From contig NC_047068.1 in assembly GCF_902459465.1 (NCBI RefSeq), forward strand, positions 14,322,001 to 14,386,000: 64,000 nt of DNA, in the 5' to 3' direction. This DNA comes from Asterias rubens. Its lineage: Eukaryota. Positions 11,597-22,842 of this stretch are shown here, in pieces. Position 1 is the first letter of the stretch, and every line of letters starts with the position of its first letter. The notes under the pieces were generated by a model, which worked only from the letters and a program-made list of their open reading frames with translations, was not told the origin of the DNA and made no database searches. A program made the translations under genes and the position numbers.

Positions 11597-12842
11597 TACA
11601 TGTAGTCAGCCAGACCACTTGGAGTGAAAATTGACTGGTCCTTACATTGACTGGCATTTGGCTAGCCGACCACTGTTAAGCGAGAACACCGACTATCATC
11701 ACCACTAACTTGGAAGATCCAACCTTTCTTTTTTCCAACTAAATTTTAATCTTGAGTAGGGAGAGTGAAGAAGAACAAGATTGGATTTTTGCGCAGACTC
11801 CAGTGTTGTACTGGCATGGAGTTGGTTTTGTTATGATCACAGTGGAATGAAGTCCCAGGGATAGCAGTAAAAAGTCACTTGTGGTATTGGAAAAAGGTTA
11901 ACTGGTTATCAAACTAGAAATTACTATAGAAATTGACATTATTACTGATTGTTAAAAATAGTGAGAACACAATGGTAAAGAAAAGAGTCAAAGAGAACAA
12001 GATTGGATTTTTGCTCAGGCTCCAGTGTTGTTTGGAGGTTGTTTTCGTTTTGTCCCAGGAGTATCAGTGTGGTAATGAAAAGTGTTAACTTGTTATCAAA
12101 CAATCAATTACTAAGGATTATCACTGATTGTTGAGCTATGTTATATGTTCTAGGTTAGAAAACGGTACTACAGAAACAAAACATTTTATTTTGGTTCAAG
12201 ATTGTATTCCATGTCTGAGCCCAAGTGCTGTCAGGTGGCATGGAGGCAATCACCTTTGTTGTTGCCTCTGTGAAGTATCAGGCCTGCTGTAAATGTAACT
12301 CCTTGTTCACAACATTTTTTTTATTATTTTTATTTGTACAGTTATTTGTAATTTTATAAACTTTAAAGGAACAATACAGAATTGGTAAGAAACAACAATT
12401 GCGAAGATCACAGATTTACATAAAACTTACATGGTCTAATAATGGTGATAGTTGAAAACATCCCATTGAAATATTTCTGTCTGAAATGTCATATTGATGA
12501 GAAATAAATAATCTAACTTTGCGTTTGGAGTTTATCGCTCAGTGAGCGTTCTATTCATTTTTATTTTGGCATTGATGCAATGCAAAATTTGCACTCGGCT
12601 TTTCACAATTCTCTCGTGACCCAGATGGCCGATCGATCTCAAACTTTTACAGGTTTGTCAATTTATGTATATGGTGGATTACATAAAGTGCTTACACCGC
12701 CAGCAATTGTTTTGTTAGCAAAAAAACAACTCTCTTAAGTCCCTGTAATAGTTATAGTTGCCTTTTTAACTATAAGTAGTAGATTTGAGTTTTTCTTTGT
12801 TTTTTTACAGGTTTTTGCTAACTAGCTATGTTATTTTCTTAA

Positions 12843-13219
12843 AGACACTGGACACTATTGGTAATTGCCAAAAACCAGAGTTCTCCCTTGATGTATCTCA
12901 ACATATGCAGAAAATAACAAACCTGTCAAAATTTGAGCTCAATTGGTCGTCGAAGTTGCGAGACAATAATGAAAGAAAAAACACCCTTGTCGCACGAAGT
13001 TGTGTCCATTCAGGTGCTTGATTTCGAGACCTCAAATTCTAAATCTTAAGTCTCGAAATCAAATTTGTGGAAAATTACCTCTTCCTCGAAAACTACGTTA
13101 CTTCAGAGGGAGCTGTTTCTCTCATGTTTTATACTATCAACCTCTCCCCATTACTTGTTACCAAGTAAGGTTTTATGCTAACAAATATTTTGAGTAATGA
13201 ACAATAGTGTCCACTGCCT
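12843..13219. mobile_element. Kolobok-type MITE family A, opposite orientation
   Basis: TTAA-flanked TIRs; the body is the reverse complement of the other copies. Confidence 0.85.
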
Positions 13220-13442
13220 TTAATGTACATATGTAATTTTGAATTTGTTTATCTTTAGCATTTTAAGGTTGTATTGTATTTGTTTTACTAGATAAAACTA
13301 AGTTCATTGAAGGCACGGCCGTGCCGTGCAGGGCTACTGACAAGTTACTGACAAGAACCAGTACCCTCATTTGATGTGCCCCAGCAAATGTACGCAAAAA
13401 AATAACAAAAATGTCATGTTTGTTGTGTTGTGTTGTCATTTA

Positions 13443-13481
13443 GCCTTCGAGAAAGACTCTGCTAGGGTCGAAACGTCAGGC
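13443..13481 (+). ncRNA. Minimal type I hammerhead-like motif (Penelope-type end)
   Basis: gcct-TCGAGAA-a-gactct/agggtc-GAA-ACGT-C-aggc: stems I and II, palindromic stem III and a GUC site. Confidence 0.5.
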
Positions 13482-13931
13482 CATTAACTATTTTTTTCAA
13501 AAAATAACAAACTGAACATTTGGGGTCAAGTGGTCATCAAAGTTGCAAAGAAAATAGCGAAAGAAGAAACAAAACACCCTAGTTGCATGTCATTGTGTGC
13601 ATTCTAGGATGAAACTTTTTGTAGTCAAAAACATCTCTTTCTTTAGAACTTTCTTTAGAACTACATCACTTCAAAGGATGTCGTTAATACCAATATTAAA
13701 ACATCAACAATTCTTCAGTACTCTTTAGCAAGTAAGTTTTTATGGTCATTCATTTTTTGAGTAATAACCAAAGGTATACCCTCCCTCCAAGTCTTTCCTC
13801 TTACATTGCAGGCCAACATGAGACACTAAAAGTAAATAAGCTTAATAAAAGTATCATTCTCAATTTAGTGAATCTTCCGTTACCCTGCCTCCAGAGTGCT
13901 AAAATAAGTTAAGTGAGCACGCTGGTCAAAC

Positions 13932-15180
13932 ATTTGCTATAGTATAAGGCCCAAACAATTGTTACTCCCCAAAAGTGTATATAAACAGTAAACACTGTCC
14001 CATGCAGCCCTCAACCTCAACCACTTCCTTTATAGAGCCTGCCTCCTTTTAATTAAAGAATAAAGTTTTAGAAATAAACATTAAAATCACATTATCCTAT
14101 AAAAGAAAGGAGATATTAGGGAGATGATTCACTCATGAATCATATTCTACTGCCCTCTATGACAAGTGAAAGTTTTAGTCTTGCATTTCACAACAAATAG
14201 ACTGTGCAAGTCTCGCGCACATTGGAGCGAGAAAACACGACAGACGAAAAACTTGTTATTTATCAAATCAAATCTTTGCTTTAATCTATTCTAAATACCA
14301 AATTTGAACAACAAAAATACTCATTAGAGCTTGTTTAATTTAGTTTTAGCTTTTTAACCATTTATGCAATTAATCGGTTATAGTTTATGTATAGACAAAA
14401 GGAAAATTCTGGGACAAGGATGTTTATTTGATCTTTAATTTTTTGAAACCCCTGTTGCAAATCTACGCTCGATTGTGAAATTATCAAAAGCTGGGTTTTA
14501 CGCGGACGCACAATGCTCGCGAGGGCGCTGGATTAATGCGTGCACAGGTTAAAGAGGAAGCTGATGCTTAAATGACCAATGAAAACATGCGTCTGCGTAC
14601 GTTTCGTGATCGGAGATGGGCACAAATTCTTAATTTTTTTCAAGTAACTTGACCTGAGGTCATGTTTTCATATCTGTTTTTCTTCGCTATTTTGTTAAAT
14701 TTATTCGTACTTTTAGATATGTTGTTAATTAGTATTACATTTTCAACAATGTAATTATTATGGTCATCAGTTACGTTAAACTAAAATAATGGACGAAACA
14801 AAATCTCCCCAACGTAAAACTCCAGAAGGTTGGGACCACAATGGTCCCGGAAGTTCAAATATGCGCGAGACTTGCGCTAGACTTGCACAGTCTCTTGGTG
14901 TGCTTTCACTTTCAGAATCAGATGACTAATGATAAAAGAATCCAGGCCTGAGTCAAGTGAAGTCTTAAAGTTAAATGATTACAGTAAATGAGTGAGAATT
15001 ACCTCTTTCTCAAAGACGATAGCGGAACAAACCTCACATAGTCATTATGATGATAGCTCTACACTAGTCTACGTGAGGAGTAGCAGATAATAAATATGCA
15101 GAGCAGAGAGATCCAGTTTTACTTATTTAGGAAAAGTTTCCGTATGGCGCCACCACTTTTTCACTCGATATGAAATAATA
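13932..15180 (+). repeat. Dispersed duplication, copy 2
   Basis: Direct orientation, ~13.7 kb downstream, moderately diverged with indels. Confidence 0.85.
14199..14893. mobile_element. ~695-bp TIR element (agactgtgcaagtc) inserted at AT
   Basis: Absent from the paralogous copy near 515 (caaATtgg). Here the site reads caaAT[element]CTtgg, i.e. an AT TSD with one substitution. The superfamily (ISL2EU-like) is tentative. Confidence 0.75.
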
Positions 15181-15261
15181 TAGTATCTACTTCACCTCAA
15201 TGAGATATCCATTTTTGTAAAAATGAGTGAAAAGGTGGTGGCGCCATACGGAAAGTTATCC
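15130..15261. mobile_element. 132-bp Merlin-type MITE, 8-bp TSD cttattta
   Basis: 27-bp imperfect TIR ggaaaagtttccgtatggcgccaccac, GG..CC termini, exact 8-bp TSD. Confidence 0.85.
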
Positions 15262-15306
15262 CTTATTTAGTCTATTGATTGAATTTGGTACAATTAAAGA
15301 ATACAG

Positions 15307-15392
15307 GTCCACTCCACTATATATCCACGCATCCAAGGCTGCGTGGATGTCCACTCCACTATATATCCATGCATCCAAGGCTGCGTGGATGC
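15307..15392. repeat. 42-bp tandem duplicate
   Basis: ccactccactatatatcca(c/t)gcatccaaggctgcgtggatg occurs twice. Confidence 0.85.
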
Positions 15393-16116
15393 ATGGAGGT
15401 AGAATTGTACCTCCATGGTGGATGCAATCAGGGTTAGGGTTAGCCCAGGTTGGACTCCTCCGTTGCATGCAACGCGACGTCGTCCTGGAAAGAAAAGATA
15501 CCCGATCCGTGCTTTGTGTACAAACATATGGACACGCGTCTGGGAACTACCAAGAATAGTTCCCCGACGCGTGTTCATATGTTTGTACACCAAGTGCGGA
15601 TTGGGCCAGGATTCTTTCCAGGATGAACGTGTGCAGATAACTCTACACGTTTGTCCTGGGAAAAAAATACGCGCACGGTCGGGGACAATCGGCATATCGG
15701 CATTTAGCGGCGAAAATTTTCACTCAAAATTCATTTGATTTTTACACAAAACCTGTAATACCTATTTGAACAATTCCAAGTGTAGGGCTATCTGCAACTT
15801 CTGAAGCATTCGATCGGTAGGTTTCATGATGCAGATAGTTGCAGATGTTTTTTTTTTAAAAGCGAAAGATTTTGATAATTATCAGTGGTGCCGGGGCCAA
15901 GGTCAAGGATACCGAGTGGATTGGACCGATTTATAAGGTCTATTGCAATTAACCCCCCCGACTGATTTTGCTGAATGGCGGAAATGCACTGCCCTGTGGG
16001 ATGGGAAAAGGGGCTTTGTAAGCCCCTTTTCCCATCCCAAAGTGTCTTTCGGCAATTTACAAAAATCAGTCAGGCGGTAATTGCAATTTATATAAACCCT
16101 ATCATTTATCAATCAG

Positions 16117-16384
16117 GGCCCAGTTTCATGGCTCTGCTTACCGCCGAATTATGTGCTTACGATCACGATTCCCCGCTTACGTGCAAGCGCCGAATTTCTG
16201 TGCTAGCCTTGTAATGTAAGCAAGTTAGAATGCCTATTAACGTGGAGTATGCACGCGCAGAAGCCAAAATTCGCCGCTAACCCGTGAAATACGCTTGCCG
16301 TAAGCACAGAATTCCCTGCTTCCGTAAGCGCCGATTCTGTGCTTACGGTAAGCAGAGCCATGAATTTCATGATGAAATTGGGCC
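16117..16384. mobile_element. Harbinger-type MITE (CAG TSD)
   Basis: cag|ggcccagtttcatgg ... gaaattgggcc|cag. An inverted copy of the same body lies at 42222-42475. Confidence 0.75.
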
Positions 16385-16435
16385 CAGCCAGACATGGGGT
16401 GGGGCTAGGTAGGGTTTATTTATTCCCAGCACATC

Positions 16436-16611
16436 ATAAGCCTATTCGCTATTGCAGCTGCGCATGTCCGTTACTGCTGACACCGCAATTTGTTTATCTC
16501 CCGTGACCTTTTGACAATAAACCCGGGTATTGTCAAAAGGTCACGGGAGATAAACAAATTGCGTTGTCAGCAGTAACGGACATGCGCAGCTGCAATAGCG
16601 AATAGGCTTAT
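16436..16611. mobile_element. 176-bp near-perfect palindrome (foldback MITE), AT-flanked
   Basis: Arms differ by one mismatch and a 2-nt central bulge. Confidence 0.75.
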
Positions 16612-16620
16612 TGAGTTGAG

Positions 16621-16757
16621 GGAAAAGTTTCCGTATGGCGCCACCACTTTTTCATTCGATATTAATTTAAATAATATAGTATCTAATTAACCTCAATGAG
16701 ATATCCCTTTTTGTAAAAATGAGTGAAAAGGTGGTGGCGCCATACGGAAAGTTATCC
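16621..16757. mobile_element. Merlin-type MITE, 8-bp TSD gagttgag
   Basis: Same TIRs, exact TSD. Confidence 0.85.
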
Positions 16758-17395
16758 GAGTTGAGAGACAACAAAGAATCAAAAACCTGCTCCTAAAACA
16801 CTCCCAAATTTTCATTGAGCGATTCAAGATTACCTTATAATTTGAGTGCTTTCTTGGCTCTCAGTGGACATGGAACAGCAGGTGTTTTGACGGCCGATGT
16901 GGCATACCGAGCTGAGACCATGGGCGCCGCCATGTGGAAGTATCCCATCATGCACTTCTGATATATATTTGTCACTAGAGGGCGGTATATAAGATAAGTG
17001 GTATGACTTCAAAAAGACACCACCTCATGATTATTATCCGCAAACCCATGTTTTTTTTGCAACATATTTTTTTGGGAAAAAGGAAAGACATAAATAAAAA
17101 ACAAAAACAGAGTATTCGATCAATCTTTGTGTTGATTTTGTCAAAAACAAATCAACTAATAATGATCGGCAGACTGCACCATCCCAGTATGGCCAAATTT
17201 GTGAAAAAGGGATCACCTACTCATGACTCGAGGAAGAAAATGTGGTTGACACATCTGTCGATTGAGTGTTTTACTAACATGCAGCCGTCCATTTGTTTCT
17301 CAACAATGTCTATTATTATGATCCTGAGCGACAAAGTGGTTTTGTTTGTTTGAAGTAGGGCCCTTCGTGATATTCATCTTGGAATGGACAAAATA

Positions 17396-17467
17396 AGGTC
17401 CCGCCGAGATTTGAACTCGGATCGCTCGATTCAAAGTCCAAAGTGCTAACCGTTACACCACGGGGCC
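17396..17467 (-). tRNA. tRNA-Gln (TTG)
   Basis: 72 nt GGCCCCGTGGTGTAACGGTTAGCACTTTGGACTTTGAATCGAGCGATCCGAGTTCAAATCTCGGCGGGACCT. A and B boxes are intact and TTTT follows. One G:G mismatch in the anticodon stem. Confidence 0.8.
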
Positions 17468-17717
17468 TCTACATTAACACGTGTATATGGTATCAAATTG
17501 AACGAGGAGTGGTTTGCCATGAATAAAATGATGTTGGATTTTTTGTGTATCAAGATATTTGATACACAGTAGTCTATAGCCTACCAGTAAAAACTTATGA
17601 TGAAACCCTCCAAATTGTAGTAAATTCCTATGGGGAGTCAATTAATTGGCATTTCACATAGTACAAACTATGGCTGCATGCATTTAAAAATGCCATTATA
17701 AATTCTTGCAAGAAACA

Positions 17718-17740
17718 AGGTCCCGCAGAGATTTGAACTC
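17718..17740 (-). pseudogene. 3' fragment of tRNA-Gln
   Basis: aggtcccgcagagatttgaactc matches the T-arm and acceptor end of the 17396 gene. Confidence 0.6.
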
Positions 17741-17902
17741 AAAAACATTTTATTTGAACAAACAGAAAACTTTTCTTCGCTAAATAAAATTGTGGCTTTA
17801 TTGGTGAAAAACATCAAATAAAGTGAATTTGACTAAACAATAGCAAACTTAAAACGCTAGCGGCAAGCTGTTCTTTTCAACGCAAGCACCAATTATTACC
17901 AC

Positions 17903-18114
17903 GGGTGCGTTCGATTAGCTTCCCTGTGTCGACCCCGCGGTGCTCATATACGAGTGAGCCCCTGACAAGAGCTAATCGAACGATCACTCACCCTCTCGTG
18001 GTGACGCCATACACCTCGGGACAGCCCCAACTGACCCGTTCCACAAGCAGGGCCCTTAGGGCTGACCCGGGCGAGCCCCTGGTATGACGTCGTCAAAGCT
18101 AATCGAACGCACCC
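17903..18114. mobile_element. MITE with TIR gggtgcgttcgattagct
   Basis: 18-bp perfect TIR; cac/cat flanks suggest a 3-bp TSD. Confidence 0.7.
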
Positions 18115-19680
18115 CATGTTAACACAAAATCTTGCTGAATACATAGCAACTTATACGTACTAACACACTTTTTGGGTGTCAAAATGTACAACCCGTGACT
18201 GGTATCCACAGTTATAGTGACTGGTATCTGTAAAATTGGGCCCTGCGTGGAAGCGCAAGAGTAAACAACAAATAATACTATTCATAGACGTTGCGGCAGG
18301 ATTGCGCATAACAAACAATCTACCATAGGCATTATGGACAGTTTTTGCGATGTACATTGTACACTACCTTTTGAAAATGCCAATTGATAAACCTTGGTGT
18401 AAAGTCTAATCATGTCAATTACTTGATGAAAACAACAACATTATGACAGTTTTCTTCGAGAATACATTGTATTATACAAACGATACCTTTTGATGCAAAT
18501 TGTTCACTATTCAAGGTTTAAGCTGCTCAAAATAAATAAAGAAAAGTAAATTATTTTGTGGTCATACTTTCAGGGAAAATTGAAGTGTTGCCAAAAACTG
18601 AAGACCTTTTAAGATGATATTACATATACGGCGGATTACTCTAAGTCTATACTGTTACTTTAAACATGCGGCAAATTATTGGTTATTGCCAATACCATTA
18701 CATGTAGGCTTACATGTGTTTGCACCTTATGTGACCCAACATTATTCAAAGAACCTGCAAGTTCGGCTCAACATTATTATAATTTCATTGTTGCATGTCG
18801 AGGGAAAACAAAGAGAGTAAAACAAAACTTTTTTGGCTGAGTACTAAATAATTATGAGGATAAGTTCTAATGAGTAAGACATTTGCCTGTGTTTGTGATC
18901 AAACCATGTGCCGGGTGTATCGTGTGATTATTACTCTTTGAAATAATTATTTCACAATGTGCGGTGCACGTGACGTCAGACAAAATGGCTGACGTGTTGA
19001 GGCATTGCATTTTCAATAAAAAAGGATACACAAAATGTACCCTTCATTGTGTATAAACTCGTGAAAGAAAACATCTCATAAACCGACATTATTCTGTTAT
19101 AGGGCCTAGAGGGCATTATTGTATAATCAAAAACTTCGAGGCATTAATTCCTTTTCTGGAAGCAAAATGCGCACTAACTTTACAAGCAGTTCATAATGAG
19201 CAGGAATGAACGATGCGCACGCGCATTGTCAAGTTCTGGTGAGCGGTAAGCAAGTATGCTTTAAGAAAGTAAATGCACCATCTTATAATTCATAAACACA
19301 GTTATATGACAAACGTTATAGTATACGAAAGCCTTATCGTGCCCGGAAGCATAGATTGCCAGCAAAAAGGTAATCTATAACGAATATCAATAAATTGCAA
19401 TAACGAATTGATAACTTATAACAAAAAATGATTATTATTATTAATTCATTAAAACGGATAACATGTATTTCGTCCACGAAATACTGGATTTGTTAGAATG
19501 TTTTTTAAAATTTGTGATATTGGTGAAATACTTATCGTTGACAATAACTACTACAGTGGCATGACTGGGTTTCGAAGGTGTGAGATTTAATCTCACAACA
19601 CGATTATAAATAGTTTTTTTCAGAAGGCTGAAGTCAAACTTCATGTGTATTACGTAACCTTTAAAAATAATATGACAACC

Positions 19681-19686
19681 TTTATT
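19681..19686 (-). promoter_or_regulatory. Candidate polyadenylation signal (AATAAA) of the 325-aa gene
   Basis: tttatt on the + strand, 22 nt downstream of the stop codon. Confidence 0.45.
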
Positions 19687-19708
19687 TCTATCCTCGAACC
19701 TCTTTATA

Positions 19709-20686
19709 TTAAGTTCCACTTGATGACACCGGGGTTGGTGTGGCAACAGCAGAGGGCGCTGGTGGCAGAGTCCGTAACAAACTCCTCATACTGTCCATTT
19801 TCTCCCCAGTGTATGGCTTACACAACACTTTCTCAAGTTTGTTAAACCTGCCATCATAGACAGTCCTGTATTTCAGATACTTTGGGATACTACTGGCTGA
19901 CTTGGTCTCCCGTAGCTCCCCATGCTGGGCGTTCACCTTGTGAACGTCGCGACGGAGGAAAGTGGCTGGCATGCTTTGCCTCTGGGTGATAAGACCCTGG
20001 CTTCGGGTGCGTCCGCCCCCACTATTCCCACCAGACGAGCCCTGCTGCTCGATGGCCGGGAAACTGAGCGTGGTTTTCCGCCGGTCCAGCATCTTCTTCT
20101 TTGCCTGATTGAACTTCTGCTGGTTTCCGGGCTTAGATGAAACCTCTGTTTTGAAAATCTTAAAGGGGTGCGAGAAGATCGGTTTCATCTCGAGCAGACC
20201 CTCCTCCTCCTCCTCCACCGATTCACCTTTCTCATTCACAGTTGGGCAGCGTTTGCCCGTTTGCTGATCCCCGTATGTTTTGACCAGAAGGTTTTTATAG
20301 GTATCGTGACGAGTTCTCATTCGGGCGTTGTAGTTTTTCCCTTTTCCAGCTGCTACTTGAGAGGTATCAATACCGTTCAAGAGATCCTTCATAACTCCAG
20401 TCTTAGCCTTCTGACGGTCCACAAATGCCTTCCGTTGCCAAGCTACCTGTACGATAAACTTGTATCTCTCTTTGGAGAGATCCATCAGTCGGCCCTCCAG
20501 CATCCTCTGCTCTGTGACATTGTCTTTGAGCTGGGAACCAATGACGGTAGTCTGGTCCCCTTCCTTCTCCTCGCCATCGTCACGTGACCCGCACGGTTTA
20601 GCCCAATCGTGGATATCCTTCCAGATGTCGTCTTTGGCAGATATCCGCGCAGGCGCACTGGACGGTTTCTTCGAGTTTTGTTTCAT
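19709..20686 (-). CDS. Uncharacterised 325-aa basic protein with an N-terminal predicted coiled-coil helix; whole CDS in one exon
   Basis: 978-bp uninterrupted, relatively GC-rich ORF with an in-frame upstream TAA. A splice acceptor (ttctcttgtttgaaaaatgcag) at 20756-20757 lies in the 5'UTR and AATAAA follows the stop. The segment NVTEQRMLEGRLMDLSKERYKFIVQVAWQRKAF recalls the CCDC190-type helix (weak, from memory). Confidence 0.8.
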   Translation of the reverse strand: MKQNSKKPSSAPARISAKDDIWKDIHDWAKPCGSRDDGEEKEGDQTTVIGSQLKDNVTEQRMLEGRLMDLSKERYKFIVQVAWQRKAFVDRQKAKTGVMKDLLNGIDTSQVAAGKGKNYNARMRTRHDTYKNLLVKTYGDQQTGKRCPTVNEKGESVEEEEEGLLEMKPIFSHPFKIFKTEVSSKPGNQQKFNQAKKKMLDRRKTTLSFPAIEQQGSSGGNSGGGRTRSQGLITQRQSMPATFLRRDVHKVNAQHGELRETKSASSIPKYLKYRTVYDGRFNKLEKVLCKPYTGEKMDSMRSLLRTLPPAPSAVATPTPVSSSGT

Positions 20687-21258
20687 CTTTTCACAAAATG
20701 AACATTAGCGCGAGCTTCACGAAGCAGTCTATACGATTAACATTCCAGGCTCCATCTGCATTTTTCAAACAAGAGAATAAAAGAAATTGTGTTAGTTACA
20801 GATTACGCGTTTTTTGAAAGTTTAACATTCACGTGTATATGTTTTTAATGCCTTGTCAACAAAGCAAACATTCGTTATCAACACCCACAAACATATACAC
20901 GATGTTTATCGAACAATACTTTTAGTGGAAAAACTATTCTAAAACTGTTGTCAGATCGGGTTGTCGCTGTTGTTGGTTTGATGTTGTTGTTGATGATGTC
21001 GTGTTGTTGTTTTTGTTTTGTTTTTGTGGCAGGGGATCATTTGAAGTTCATTTGTGAGCTCTACTTCAGCGACGTAGCCAAATGGGTGCGTGGTGTAATG
21101 CATGCCCCCACGAATTGGACGCGCCCAACAATGCAGGCACCCCACGAACAAAACAAATTCGCGAAAGTGCCCTCGAGCTGCAGCGTATCCGTCCAAAATA
21201 AAAGCACGATCACAACCAATGACACACCCATTCCCGATGCCCCCCTCCCCTGCTTAAG

Positions 21259-21399
21259 TAGACCTTCATCATGGTGCAGCCATCTTGAATTTTCCCATTG
21301 ATATCAATGTTATCAAACCGAGGCTAGAAGAAAAAATAGTCTGGTTCCTATTCGGTACGAAGAACACGACCAAGATGGAGGCACCATGATATAGGTCTA
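21259..21399. mobile_element. TAGACC...GGTCTA foldback MITE (related element at 36709-36868)
   Basis: Inverted ends tagaccttcatcatggtgcagccatcttg / caagatggaggcaccatgatataggtcta. Confidence 0.65.
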
Positions 21400-21994
21400 T
21401 TGCTCCCCTGTTCCCCCTTTTAAAAGTCCTCGAAGCCGCTGGTCTAATCACATACAATTGTATAATGGATGATGTCTTGATGACTGAGGATCAACCCCGC
21501 CCATCGCACCCTGCAACTGCGGATGTATTCTAACCTTGTTAAGAACCCTTCTTGCGATTGGATCGTGCCAAGAAGTTCCTCTGAATCGAACCTCTATTGT
21601 ACCCCGTAATCTTCAACAAGGATTCTGATATGATTGCAGTCCTCAGACATCTTCACATCACAAATAACCAATCAACTACTTTAATTTCGTGTATTTTTCG
21701 TACAGTGAAGAAAAATGAGAAAACGGCAGGGGATAACAAAAGCTCATTTTGTCTGAAAACCCCAATTCAATGTGTTTACATAAAAGAGGAGAAGTGTTAG
21801 AACAAGACAATATCCCAAGTCTAAGAAATCTAAATGAAAAACATCATGTGGTTCATAACTCATAATGACACAAATGAATCAGTTTGAGCTTCCTCATATA
21901 CCCCACAGAGAAGACACAAACCAATCGGAAGTCGAGTTGGTATACTTGACCAGTTCTTCTCTAAGATTTCATGATGTACAACCCGGGTTTTACA

Positions 21995-22510
21995 GCAAAC
22001 CTTACTAGATTGTATCTCCACCATGCAAAGTTTCAAATCATACTCATGTACATGGTGTTACTGCAAACCTTACTAGATTGTATCTCCACCATGCAAAGTT
22101 TCAAATCATACTCATGTACATGGTGTTATCTCCACCATGCAAAGTTTCAAATCCTACTCATGTACATTGTGTTGCAGCAAACGTTTACTAGATTGTATCG
22201 CTCTATAAAAAGTTCCAAATCCTACTCATGTACGAATGTACATGGTGTTACTGCAAACCTTACTAGATTGTATCTCCACCATGCAAAGTTTCAAATCCTA
22301 CTCATGTACCTGGTGTTACTGCAAACCTTACTAGATTGTATCTCCACCATGCAATGTTTCAAATCCTACTAAAGTACATGGTTCTACTGCAAACCTTACT
22401 AGATTGTATCTCCACCATGCAAAGTATCAAATCCTACTCATGTACATGGTTCTACTGCAAACCTTACTAGATTGTATCTCAACCATGCAAAGTTTCAAAT
22501 CCTACTCATA
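21995..22510. repeat. 68-bp minisatellite, about 7 copies
   Basis: Unit gcaaaccttactagattgtatctccaccatgcaaagtttcaaatcctactcatgtacatggtgttact. Confidence 0.9.
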
Positions 22511-22842
22511 GGTGTTAACAAAATGATCCGAAAAAATCCCATAAAGACCCCATTAATAATTTACAAAAATAATTATTGGTTGAAATTACGTCTGTCCTAC
22601 AATAGACAAAAACACACGATATTATCCAGCATGGTCATTTCAAGTTCCAAATTAAGTGTGACAAATCTGTAATCCCGCGGGATTTTGTCCAAAGCCCGTT
22701 CTCGCTTTTATTTCCTCATCATACATCAGAGGGTCAAATCTACAAAACATCACGTACGCATTCAGAGCATTCAGACCTCCAGCTATATAGGGACTGCCAT
22801 AACAAACCATACATCATTAGGCCTAGGACTATTAAGTGGAAC

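Noticed and set aside
15430-15445. gggttagggttag as telomere or telomerase-RNA template
   Set aside because: Only two repeat units, inside a MITE-rich hairpin region, with no supporting structure.
16972-16986. CTCF-like motif cactagagggcgg (similar agagggcgct words at ~19750, ~34180 and ~59190)
   Set aside because: Short motif matches cannot be supported without ChIP or conservation data.
21995-22510. CRISPR-like regular repeats (also 48277-49010 and 53327-53710)
   Set aside because: Contiguous tandem units without unique spacers, no cas genes, and a eukaryotic context.
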